DNA of 64,000 nucleotides from assembly GCA_002269645.1 (NCBI GenBank), contig NIVC01001023.1, positions 313,609 to 377,608 of the forward strand. The letters run 5' to 3'. The position numbers and the translations under genes were made by a program. This DNA comes from Macrostomum lignano (taxonomy: Eukaryota). Each line of letters opens with the position of its first letter. Position 1 is the stretch's first letter. The notes under the pieces were generated by a model. It had not been told where the DNA came from. It worked only from the letters and a program-made list of their open reading frames with translations, and searched no databases. This document shows, one piece after another, positions 46,186-58,200 of this stretch.

Positions 46186-46214
46186 GATTCTGCAGACTCT
46201 GATTAATAAACGCT

Positions 46215-46453
46215 TGTTTTCTCCAGTTTCTAGAAATATAAAAAGCTAAAAGTACAGCTGGCCGCCACAGCCTCCGCGCGCCCGTCATCTCTGAGCACAG
46301 AAGCGAAGGTGCAGTGAGGGGCAGGCAGGGTGCTCAAGCACAATGCAGAGTCTCCATTGTGCAAGGCTGGGGCTGCAACTCATTCGGGAGCAGCCGCCAC
46401 TGCAGCCTCAGACAGCTCAGGTGTGCGCTGCTCATCTCTGCAGCCTCATCGCT
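46215..46453. repeat. Dispersed duplication block B, copy 1 (near-identical homolog at 50036-50276)
   Basis: About 190 bp almost identical (GCCCGTCATCTCTGAGCACAG...GCAGCCTCATCGCT). Confidence 0.92.
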
Positions 46454-49030
46454 AATTAAATCTCTAACCTTCATCTGGAACGGCCCCACCCAGCTCAGCA
46501 CTCGCAGTGCGACAGTCTGGTGTGATAAACAGCCGGCAAAGAGAGAACTGCTCGAGTTCGCCATCACCCCATACTGGCCTCTCGAACCACCCAACCCCCG
46601 CAACCCCTGCCTGAGACAATAAACAAGCCTAGCTACAATGCAGCTCCACCCAGCTCACTACTCAAAACACACCGAGCTCTGCACTGCTGGTTGCCCCCCC
46701 AGAGTCTGCCAAACTGCAGGGAGGCTGGCAGAGCGGTGAGCTAGCCTGAGAATAGCGAGCGAGCAGAGATATTTACTGCTTGAGGTTAAGCTGGCCTCTC
46801 TAACCAACCACCCGCTGCCTACAGCTCAAGACTGCGTTTTGTCATAAATAAGCCATTGTTGCCATGCTCGCATCTCAGAATTTGATGGCTCTCAGGCCAT
46901 TCAGTGCGGCTCAAAGCCTGTCTGTTGCTACTGGCTGCAGGTGGCAGGAATGCAAAATGCAGTGAGCTGCTGCGGCCGATAGCTGGACAGAATTGAGATG
47001 GGGTGCCAGAGCTCGGCTGCACTTTAATGATAAACACCTGATGAAGCACAAGACTGCAGTTGAGGGGCTGAGCAGCTGCCTCTTGAAACATTTATACATG
47101 TGCTGTGGTTCGATTCTGTGCGATTGGCCTGAGGCGATTCTCAGCCATGAAGGCCAGCTTATGAGTTCTGAGGCTCTCTGGTAGAATAGATCGGTTTTAA
47201 ATGGAGCTGTACCGATGTCAACTGAAATCACTGTACTAATTGGCATACCTGTACACTATGCTGACAATACGATAGGATTATATAGATTGCTTTTTGGACT
47301 TCTGCTGGGTCATGGAGTCATGGGAAATCAGTAGTTTTCAGGCCATATTTCATCGCCCGAACTCTCTCTTCAGGGGAGGCAAACAGGTGAGCAAATTCAG
47401 CAGGTATCAAGTAGGCTGAGCAATGGCTAGAGGTGCAATCATGCGGTTCCGGCTGGTTGCAGTGATGAGCAATGGTACAGTAGAAAACATTTTAAAACTC
47501 TGTTGCTTGTTCTTATACAGCGGGGCTGATTGATGCTCGCTGCACTTCGTGCCTGCTCATCTACACAACCGAGCTCCGAACTTGGTGATCGCCTGCCTGC
47601 CCAGGCCCGAGCAAAACTATCAAACGGGAAAAGTGAGCAACAACTCAATCGGTCCCTGCACACCAGTGCCTCACCTCAGTACCGGGTTTGCCATCCCAAC
47701 CGACTGCACCCAAAACAGGACGGCTCACTCCTCAGGCCCGCCCACTGGTCCCTCCTACCGGGGTACCGGGTGCCTGTGCCGGCCTACGGCCCCTCGGTCT
47801 CTCCTGCAGCCTTCTGCTACTAGCGGAGACACAAAAAACTGCAGCCAACAAGGGGGTCGCACCCGACGAACGTGAGTCGGATTCCGCATTCGAATAGCAG
47901 AGTGACGTGCCATGGTCGCCGCAGTGCTTCTCCGTCTGTCTGTCTCCTCCTGACCTCGAGGTGGCTTCCAAAGGGCGAACGGATTCCGCCCCCCAGAGCC
48001 GTGGTGTCGGGTTGCTGACGCCTGCTGGGGGACTCTCAAAGGGGTAACGATGGTCTCATGCTTGACCCAGCATACTTGACTCCCCTAAGAGCTGGCATGC
48101 TACGCCTTCTGAGGTGACTGTCGAGCACTAGCGCTTAATTTATGCGTGGCAATTAAGCAACTACAAGCAAGCAAGCAATTTTCAATTTTACTCATTTTTG
48201 TTCATTTTCTGATTTTTCTGGGTAGAGAAATTTTAATGCTATCAGTCGGCACACATGGCTGGATTTGGTAGGCCTTTTTGCCTTCATTTTAGCGGACAGC
48301 ACCTGGGATGAAGTCAACAGGTCATTTGCTGTGCCACATGACAAGGCTGCCTCCTATAGCCGAGCCACAACGTCTCAAACATCTGGTTCTGTTGACGCCA
48401 GCACCCTACTAGCCCTGCGTGATGCTGTCTAGTCCGCTCTCTCACACTGTATGACTGCCTCGCAGACATCGCAGTCCAGAGTTTTCATCGTGGACTCCGT
48501 CTGACGAGGCAACCAGACAGCGGTTGAAATTGACATCGCCTGCATGTGCACCGATCTGTCTACATAGTTCAATATTTTACGATTTTTTATTTAAACTAAT
48601 GAATACAGTAATCGATACATTTCACCGCAACTCAGCCTCTGCCGCATGTCATCCTCCAGCTCTGGTCTTTAGCCGCTCATGTCCTTTTGGTTGGAAAAAC
48701 TGGTGTTTTCTAAGAAATGCTTGTCCAGACTCCGGAAAGTCAGGGAACCACCATATGGGCGGTTTTTCGTGGGTCGTGTGGGCGGTGATCGTCGCACCTC
48801 CTTTGACTTTCAGTGTGTTCAGAATGAGTCTTATAACTGCAATGGCTCCATTGTTCGGGCGCAAGTTGAAATTTTCTCTTATTTTCCGCGCTTATGTTCC
48901 AATAGTTGAAACTGCCTCAGTCGCATTATTAGAAACCCACACAGCAGCATTCCCAGTCTCCATTCGCTCTTCATCTGTCAGAGCTCAGAATGAGCAGCAG
49001 AAGCTCAAACTGATGCAGCAGAGATGCTGT

Positions 49031-49538
49031 GCTCATTCGGCAAGAAGAGGCAGAGGTGCACAGCTGGTGAAATTGTGCAGGGGCTTTTGGACAATGGGCA
49101 GAGGTGATGAGGGCTGCTGTGTGCGGCCTCTGCATCGATCCTTCTGTCTCTCCTTCCTCTGAGGCGCCCACCCATGGGCGTGAGTTGAGGCTGGGGTTGG
49201 GGCTGTGCACTGTGCTTGCGCTCACATCGGAGCGGAAAAAACAGCGGCCTCTGCTCGCCCCGACCCCAGCTGTCCGAGCAGCTCCAGACCAGCCAAGCTC
49301 AATGCCCAGAGGACAATGGCGAAGCTGAGGTTTGAGGGCCGAGCAAACAGCCTGCGAACGCGTGACAAAAGAAGACTCGCAGCAAATGAATTTTGGGGAT
49401 TGATGGCTGCCTAACAGCGGCACAGAGAAAAACCCTTCCCCACTCAAACCACTCACTGCTTTGCATTGCGCCTGTGCGTCTCGTTGACTGTAAAATTCGC
49501 TGCCTTGGATATTCGGCACTGCGGGTTTTCACATGCGA
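49031..49538. repeat. Dispersed duplication block A, copy 2
   Basis: See 43298-43781. Confidence 0.9.
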
Positions 49539-49619
49539 GCCTCAGTCATAATTTACAGTCACAGACAGTCTCTCTGTCATGTAGGCGGAATTTGGCAGGT
49601 AAATTAAAACCTTTATAGG

Positions 49620-49866
49620 CTGGGACTGGGACTGGGGCTGGGGCTGGGACTCTGACTGGGACTGGGGCTGTGGCTGGGACTGGGGCTGGGAGTGGGACTG
49701 GGGCGGGGACTGGGACTGGGACTGGGACTGGGACTGGGACTGGGACTGGGACTGGGGCGGGGACTGGGACTGGGACTGGGACTGGGGCTGGGACTGGGGC
49801 GGGGACTCTGACTGGGACTGGGACTGGGGCTGGGACTCTGACTGGGACTGGGACTGGCACTGGGGC
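49620..49866. repeat. (GGGACT)n hexamer array
   Basis: Direct pattern. Confidence 0.95.
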
Positions 49867-50035
49867 CCCGAACATCGAAATTTTATAAGTGTACTTCTGA
49901 ATCCGCTTCACTGGGAAGCCTTGGCTAATTAGAAACCCTGCTGTTGGAGACTGTAAGCGCAGCCCCACCTCATTCTGCATCATTTAGAGCTGCCAGCCTG
50001 ATCGCTACAGAAGCTCTGAGCAGCAAATAAAAAAT

Positions 50036-50276
50036 TGTTTTCTCCACTTTCTAGTGAGCTAAAGAAACAAAAAAGTGCAGCTGGCCGCCAGCCCAGCCTC
50101 AGCCCGTCATCTCTGAGCACAGAAGCGAAGGTGCAGTGAGGGGGCAGGCAGGGTGCTCAAGCACAATGCAGAGTCTCCATTGTGCAAGGCTGGGGCTGCA
50201 ACTCATTCGGGAGCAGCCGCCACTGCAGCCTCAGACAGCTCAGGTGTGCGCTGCTCATCTCTGCAGCCTCATCGCT
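50036..50276. repeat. Dispersed duplication block B, copy 2
   Basis: See 46215-46453. Confidence 0.92.
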
Positions 50277-51178
50277 ATGAGCATCGGCAGGCAGTGGAAA
50301 CTCGGTGGCTGCTCGGGACACGCAGCTCGCTCCTCGCTGCCCCCTAATAAGCTCGAGCCGCTCCCCCCCCCAGCGCCACCTCATTCTGCATCATTTAGAG
50401 CTGCCAGCCTCCTCACTGCAGAGGCTCTGAGCAGCTCATTGTGCCTCCGCACTGACCGCCTTCTGCTCTCATGAAATGCTGAATTTCTTGGCAAATCCTT
50501 TGCACCTCATCGCTCCAGCTGCCCACTTGGGAGCGCCTCAGGCTTGGCGCTCAGCCTCGAGTCTCTCAGCATCTCTTCAAAGCACTGCTCACTGACCTCT
50601 CAGCTCTTGTGCAGTCTGGGCCACTCGAACGCGGTGTTTCTCACCTGTATGCACAAGCTCTGCTTATCAGCCACCTGTCTGTCTGCATTGTCGGCATCTG
50701 CCTCTCTGACACCCCCACTGCCCTCCTTCCTCTCACCCTCCTGTCTTCTTGTCCCACGCAGTGGCAAGGTAAATTAAAAAAAAAATTAGTGCGAGAATTC
50801 ATTTCATGCACGACTCAGCTGAGTGGCAAATAGAGATTTTATATTTGAGTTTGGCAGCTGACAAAAACTTTATTTTACGTTTTACGTATCTGGGTCGAGG
50901 GAAGCTAAATGTGCTAATAAACTATAAATCTATAAACTATAAACTATAAACTAAACTAAACTCTAAACTAAACTAATAAACTATAAAACGTGAGCAAAAT
51001 GGTTTGTTGTGACTCAAAGGGGACTCTGCAGAATCACAGCAATAACAGCCGCATTTTGTGGGAAGGTTAAGTGTTAGGATGCTGATGATCCTGCAGTGGA
51101 TGCTGCCGAATGTCAGATAACGGCTGCTGGATCTTAATGAAACTAGCTCAGCTTCTGTCATTTCCTTGCACCGAAAAC

Positions 51179-52260
51179 TCAGCTCAGGAATCCCTTTTTC
51201 ATCTCTACACCCGTCAGGAACTCGTGCTTCAGCAGCTCCTCGGCTGAGTTTCTCTTCTTGCGGTCCTTGGCGGTGCAGCGACTGTAGAAATCCTTCAGCT
51301 CTGCGGACCGGCCGTCCGGCAGGGCGGGGGCGCCCCTCCTGTCGATCAGCTGGGCCATTTCTAAGAAGCTCCTGGCATTCGCGAACGGCCTCGCGCCGGA
51401 GGCCATCTGGAAGACCGAGCAGCCGAACGCCCAGATGTCCGACTCTCTGCTGTACTGCACGCTGTCTGACTCTCCCGCTCCGAGCAGCTCCGGCGCCATA
51501 AAGTTCAGAGTTCCTTTGGGTGACTGAGTGGAGGCTGAGATGTGGCTGACTGACTGCTCCAGTTTGATTGACAGGCCGAAGTCGATCAGCTTGATTCGCG
51601 TGTTGTCAGCACAAACAATCATGTTCGAGCAGTTGATGTCTCTGTGGATCACGGGCGGCTGCCGGCTGTGCAGGTAGAGCAGCGCGCGGCAGATCTGCGA
51701 GCGGTCGGTCAGTGAGCAGTCATCATTCATGGGAACATGGAACAGGAGCATCAAGGATGCACAATGCTCACCTGCTCGCTGAAGTCTCGAATCTTTGGCT
51801 CGTCCAGCGGCTTGTTGTCGATAAATCTCTCCAAACTTCGGCCGTCCAGCAGCTCCATGAACACAACGACTTTGGCGGGCTCCGGCTGAGCGATGTGCAA
51901 GAACCTGACGATGTTGGGATGCCGCAGTCGGCACAGGTTTCTCTCGCTCTCGACAGCTCTGTGGATCTCTGTGCTCACAGAGGTTTGGTCATCACCGAGC
52001 TGCACAGGCAGTCTGAGAGTCTTGGCAGCGCACGTGACGCCCGTGTCAGTTCGAACTTCGTAGACTTCGCCGAAGCCTCCGCGGCCGATGAGGCGAACGG
52101 CGTCCCACCGATCCAGAAACGGGGGGCCTTCGGGTCTTGGCGGATGCGAATGGAGGCAATCACAAATGATTTACATGTAACTGTCTACTAAGTCCTCCAG
52201 CTGTGTGTTGGAGCTGTCGAACTTCGAATCTTGGATGCAGATTTTTGCTACGAGGGATAA
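51179..52260 (-). CDS. Ser/Thr protein kinase, MAP3K/STE11-like, 3' exons: ~52260(or 52247)-52175, 52135-51772, 51694-51179; start codon not found in the window
   Basis: LIGRGGFGEVY (Gly loop), CAAK, ESE (alphaC), LRHPNIVRF, VFMELL, HRDINCSN, IKLIDFG, GTLNFMAPE, SDIWAFGC. A 77-nt GTGAGC..CAG intron with a CTGAC branch site; a putative 39-nt intron removes an in-frame TAA. Confidence 0.9.
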
Positions 52261-52284
52261 CTGTATCCTAAACTTTTGTGTTGT

Positions 52285-55200
52285 ACTCGTAGCTGTGTGT
52301 GCTGTAGCTGTGTGTGCTGTAGCTGTGTGTGCTGTAGCTGTGTGTGCTGTAGCTGTGTGTACTTTTGCTGTTTGTGCTGTAGCTGTGTGTGCTGTACCTG
52401 TGTGTGCTGTAGCTGTGTGTGCTGTAGCTGCGTGTTGTAGCTGTGTGCTGTAGCTGTGTGTGCTGTAGCTGTGTGCTGTAGCTGTGTGTGCTGTAGCTGT
52501 GTGTGCTGTAGCTGTGTGCTGTAGCTGTGTGTGCTGTAGCTGTGTGTGCTGTAGCTGTGTGTGCTGTAGCTGTGTGCTGTAGCTGTGTGCTGTAGCTGTG
52601 TGCTGTAGCTGTGTGCTGTAGCTGTGTGTGCTGTAGCTGTGTGTGCTGTAGCTGTGTGCTGTAGCTGTGTGCTGTAGCTGTGTGTGCTGTAGCTGTGTGT
52701 GCTGTAGCTGTGTGTGCTGTAGCTGTGTGTGCTGTAGCTGTGTGTGCTGTAGCTGTGTGTGCTGTAGCTGTGTGCTGTAGCTGTGTGCTGTAGCTGTGTG
52801 TGCTGTAGCTGTGTGCTGTAGCTGTGTGCTGTAGCTGTGTGTGCTGTAGCTGTGTGTGCTGTAGCTGTGTGTGCTGTAGCTGTGTGTGCTGTAGCTGTGT
52901 GCTGTAGCTGTGTGCTGTAGCTGTGTGCTGTAGCTGTGTGCTGTAGCTGTGTGTGCTGTAGCTGTGTGTGCTGTAGCTGTGTGTGCTGTAGCTGTGTGTG
53001 CTGTAGCTGTGTGTGCTGTAGCTGTGTGCTGTAGCTGTGTGCTGTAGCTGTGTGTGCTGTAGCTGTGTGTGCTGTAGCTGTGTGTGCTGTAGCTGTGTGT
53101 GCTGTAGCTGTGTGTGCTGTAGCTGTGTGTGCTGTAGCTGTGTGCTGTAGCTGTGTGCTGTAGCTGTGTGTGCTGTAGCTGTGTGTGCTGTAGCTGTGTG
53201 TGCTGTAGCTGTGTGTGCTGTAGCTGTGTGTGCTGTAGCTGTGTGCTGTAGCTGTGTGCTGTAGCTGTGTGCTGTAGCTGTGTGCTGTAGCTGTGTGTGC
53301 TGTAGCTGTGTGTGCTGTAGCTGTGTGTGCTGTAGCTGTGTGTGCTGTAGCTGTGTGTGCTGTAGCTGTGTGTGCTGTAGCTGTGTGTGCTGTAGCTGTG
53401 TGCTGTAGCTGTGTGCTGTAGCTGTGTGCTGTAGCTGTGTGCTGTAGCTGTGTGTGCTGTAGCTGTGTGTGCTGTAGCTGTGTGTGCTGTAGCTGTGTGT
53501 GCTGTAGCTGTGTGTGCTGTAGCTGTGTGCTGTAGCTGTGTGTGCTGTAGCTGTGTGTGCTGTAGCTGTGTGTGCTGTAGCTGTGTGTGCTGTAGCTGTG
53601 TGTGCTGTAGCTGTGTGTGCTGTAGCTGTGTGTGCTGTAGCTGTGTGTGCTGTAGCTGTGTGCTGTAGCTGTGTGCTGTAGCTGTGTGCTGTAGCTGTGT
53701 GCTGTAGCTGTGTGTGCTGTAGCTGTGTGTGCTGTAGCTGTGTGTGCTGTAGCTGTGTGTGCTGTAGCTGTGTGTGCTGTAGCTGTGTGTGCTGTAGCTG
53801 TGTGTGCTGTAGCTGTGTGTGCTGTAGCTGTGTGTGCTGTAGCTGTGTGTGCTGTAGCTGTGTGTGCTGTAGCTGTGTGTGCTGTAGCTGTGTGCTGTAG
53901 CTGTGTGCTGTAGCTGTGTGTGCTGTAGCTGTGTGTGCTGTAGCTGTGTGCTGTAGCTGTGTGCTGTAGCTGTGTGCTGTAGCTGTGTGCTGTAGCTGTG
54001 TGTGCTGTAGCTGTGTGTGCTGTAGCTGTGTGTGCTGTAGCTGTGTGTGCTGTAGCTGTGTGCTGTAGCTGTGTGTGCTGTAGCTGTGTGTGCTGTAGCT
54101 GTGTGTGCTGTAGCTGTGTGTGCTGTAGCTGTGTGTGCTGTAGCTGTGTGTGCTGTAGCTGTGTGCTGTAGCTGTGTGTGCTGTAGCTGTGTGTGCTGTA
54201 GCTGTGTGTGCTGTAGCTGTGTGCTGTAGCTGTGTGTGCTGTAGCTGTGTGTGCTGTAGCTGTGTGTGCTGTAGCTGTGTGCTGTAGCTGTGTGCTGTAG
54301 CTGTGTGCTGTAGCTGTGTGCTGTAGCTGTGTGTGCTGTAGCTGTGTGTGCTGTAGCTGTGTGTGCTGTAGCTGTGTGCTGTAGCTGTGTGTGCTGTAGC
54401 TGTGTGTGCTGTAGCTGTGTGTGCTGTAGCTGTGTGTGCTGTAGCTGTGTGTGCTGTAGCTGTGTGTGCTGTAGCTGTGTGTGCTGTAGCTGTGTGCTGT
54501 AGCTGTGTGCTGTAGCTGTGTGCTGTAGCTGTGTGCTGTAGCTGTGTGCTGTAGCTGTGTGTGCTGTAGCTGTGTGTGCTGTAGCTGTGTGTGCTGTAGC
54601 TGTGTGCTGTAGCTGTGTGTGCTGTAGCTGTGTGTGCTGTAGCTGTGTGTGCTGTAGCTGTGTGCTGTAGCTGTGTGCTGTAGCTGTGTGCTGTAGCTGT
54701 GTGCTGTAGCTGTGTGCTGTAGCTGTGTGCTGTAGCTGTGTGTGCTGTAGCTGTGTGTGCTGTAGCTGTGTGTGCTGTAGCTGTGTGTGCTGTAGCTGTG
54801 TGTGCTGTAGCTGTGTGTGCTGTAGCTGTGTGCTGTAGCTGTGTGCTGTAGCTGTGTGCTGTAGCTGTGTGCTGTAGCTGTGTGTGCTGTAGCTGTGTGT
54901 GCTGTAGCTGTGTGTGCTGTAGCTGTGTGTGCTGTAGCTGTGTGTGCTGTAGCTGTGTGTGCTGTAGCTGTGTGCTGTAGCTGTGTGTGCTGTAGCTGTG
55001 TGTGCTGTAGCTGTGTGTGCTGTAGCTGTGTGTGCTGTAGCTGTGTGTGCTGTAGCTGTGTGCTGTAGCTGTGTGTGCTGTAGCTGTGTGTGCTGTAGCT
55101 GTGTGTGCTGTAGCTGTGTGCTGTAGCTGTGTGTGCTGTAGCTGTGTGTGCTGTAGCTGTGTGTGCTGTAGCTGTGTGCTGTAGCTGTGTGCTGTAGCTG

Positions 55201-58200
55201 TGTGCTGTAGCTGTGTGCTGTAGCTGTGTGTGCTGTAGCTGTGTGTGCTGTAGCTGTGTGTGCTGTAGCTGTGTGCTGTAGCTGTGTGTGCTGTAGCTGT
55301 GTGTGCTGTAGCTGTGTGTGCTGTAGCTGTGTGTGCTGTAGCTGTGTGCTGTAGCTGTGTGCTGTAGCTGTGTGCTGTAGCTGTGTGCTGTAGCTGTGTG
55401 TGCTGTAGCTGTGTGTGCTGTAGCTGTGTGTGCTGTAGCTGTGTGTGCTGTAGCTGTGTGTGCTGTAGCTGTGTGTGCTGTAGCTGTGTGTGCTGTAGCT
55501 GTGTGCTGTAGCTGTGTGCTGTAGCTGTGTGCTGTAGCTGTGTGCTGTAGCTGTGTGTGCTGTAGCTGTGTGTGCTGTAGCTGTGTGTGCTGTAGCTGTG
55601 TGTGCTGTAGCTGTGTGTGCTGTAGCTGTGTGTGCTGTAGCTGTGTGTGCTGTAGCTGTGTGCTGTAGCTGTGTGTGCTGTAGCTGTGTGTGCTGTAGCT
55701 GTGTGTGCTGTAGCTGTGTGTGCTGTAGCTGTGTGCTGTAGCTGTGTGTGCTGTAGCTGTGTGTGCTGTAGCTGTGTGTGCTGTAGCTGTGTGCTGTAGC
55801 TGTGTGTGCTGTAGCTGTGTGTGCTGTAGCTGTGTGTGCTGTAGCTGTGTGTGCTGTAGCTGTGTGCTGTAGCTGTGTGTGCTGTAGCTGTGTGTGCTGT
55901 AGCTGTGTGCTGTAGCTGTGTGCTGTAGCTGTGTGTGCTGTAGCTGTGTGTGCTGTAGCTGTGTGCTGTAGCTGTGTGCTGTAGCTGTGTGCTGTAGCTG
56001 TGTGCTGTAGCTGTGTGTGCTGTAGCTGTGTGCTGTAGCTGTGTGTGCTGTAGCTGTGTGTGCTGTAGCTGTGTGTGCTGTAGCTGTGTGTGCTGTAGCT
56101 GTGTGTGCTGTAGCTGTGTGCTGTAGCTGTGTGTGCTGTAGCTGTGTGTGCTGTAGCTGTGTGCTGTAGCTGTGTGTGCTGTAGCTGTGTGTGCTGTAGC
56201 TGTGTGTGCTGTAGCTGTGTGCTGTAGCTGTGTGCTGTAGCTGTGTGCTGTAGCTGTGTGCTGTAGCTGTGTGTGCTGTAGCTGTGTGTGCTGTAGCTGT
56301 GTGTGCTGTAGCTGTGTGTGCTGTAGCTGTGTGCTGTAGCTGTGTGTGCTGTAGCTGTGTGTGCTGTAGCTGTGTGTGCTGTAGCTGTGTGTGCTGTAGC
56401 TGTGTGTGCTGTAGCTGTGTGTGCTGTAGCTGTGTGCTGTAGCTGTGTGCTGTAGCTGTGTGCTGTAGCTGTGTGCTGTAGCTGTGTGTGCTGTAGCTGT
56501 GTGTGCTGTAGCTGTGTGTGCTGTAGCTGTGTGCTGTAGCTGTGTGTGCTGTAGCTGTGTGTGCTGTAGCTGTGTGTGCTGTAGCTGTGTGCTGTAGCTG
56601 TGTGCTGTAGCTGTGTGCTGTAGCTGTGTGCTGTAGCTGTGTGCTGTAGCTGTGTGTGCTGTAGCTGTGTGTGCTGTAGCTGTGTGTGCTGTAGCTGTGT
56701 GTGCTGTAGCTGTGTGTGCTGTAGCTGTGTGTGCTGTAGCTGTGTGTGCTGTAGCTGTGTGTGCTGTAGCTGTGTGCTGTAGCTGTGTGCTGTAGCTGTG
56801 TGCTGTAGCTGTGTGCTGTAGCTGTGTGTGCTGTAGCTGTGTGTGCTGTAGCTGTGTGTGCTGTAGCTGTGTGTGCTGTAGCTGTGTGTGCTGTAGCTGT
56901 GTGTGCTGTAGCTGTGTGTGCTGTAGCTGTGTGCTGTAGCTGTGTGTGCTGTAGCTGTGTGTGCTGTAGCTGTGTGTGCTGTAGCTGTGTGTGCTGTAGC
57001 TGTGTGTGCTGTAGCTGTGTGCTGTAGCTGTGTGTGCTGTAGCTGTGTGTGCTGTAGCTGTGTGTGCTGTAGCTGTGTGTGCTGTAGCTGTGTGTGCTGT
57101 AGCTGTGTGTGCTGTAGCTGTGTGTGCTGTAGCTGTGTGTGCTGTAGCTGTGTGCTGTAGCTGTGTGCTGTAGCTGTGTGCTGTAGCTGTGTGCTGTAGC
57201 TGTGTGTGCTGTAGCTGTGTGTGCTGTAGCTGTGTGTGCTGTAGCTGTGTGTGCTGTAGCTGTGTGTGCTGTAGCTGTGTGTGCTGTAGCTGTGTGCTGT
57301 AGCTGTGTGCTGTAGCTGTGTGCTGTAGCTGTGTGCTGTAGCTGTGTGTGCTGTAGCTGTGTGTGCTGTAGCTGTGTGTGCTGTAGCTGTGTGTGCTGTA
57401 GCTGTGTGTGCTGTAGCTGTGTGTGCTGTAGCTGTGTGTGCTGTAGCTGTGTGCTGTAGCTGTGTGCTGTAGCTGTGTGCTGTAGCTGTGTGCTGTAGCT
57501 GTGTGCTGTAGCTGTGTGTGCTGTAGCTGTGTGTGCTGTAGCTGTGTGTGCTGTAGCTGTGTGTGCTGTAGCTGTGTGTGCTGTAGCTGTGTGTGCTGTA
57601 GCTGTGTGCTGTAGCTGTGTGTGCTGTAGCTGTGTGTGCTGTAGCTGTGTGTGCTGTAGCTGTGTGTGCTGTAGCTGTGTGCTGTAGCTGTGTGTGCTGT
57701 AGCTGTGTGTGCTGTAGCTGTGTGTGCTGTAGCTGTGTGCTGTAGCTGTGTGTGCTGTAGCTGTGTGTGCTGTAGCTGTGTGTGCTGTAGCTGTGTGTGC
57801 TGTAGCTGTGTGCTGTAGCTGTGTGCTGTAGCTGTGTGTGCTGTAGCTGTGTGTGCTGTAGCTGTGTGCTGTAGCTGTGTGCTGTAGCTGTGTGTGCTGT
57901 AGCTGTGTGTGCTGTAGCTGTGTGCTGTAGCTGTGTGCTGTAGCTGTGTGCTGTAGCTGTGTGCTGTAGCTGTGTGCTGTAGCTGTGTGCTGTAGCTGTG
58001 TGTGCTGTAGCTGTGTGTGCTGTAGCTGTGTGTGCTGTAGCTGTGTGTGCTGTAGCTGTGTGTGCTGTAGCTGTGTGCTGTAGCTGTGTGCTGTAGCTGT
58101 GTGCTGTAGCTGTGTGTGCTGTAGCTGTGTGTGCTGTAGCTGTGTGTGCTGTAGCTGTGTGTGCTGTAGCTGTGTGCTGTAGCTGTGTGTGCTGTAGCTG

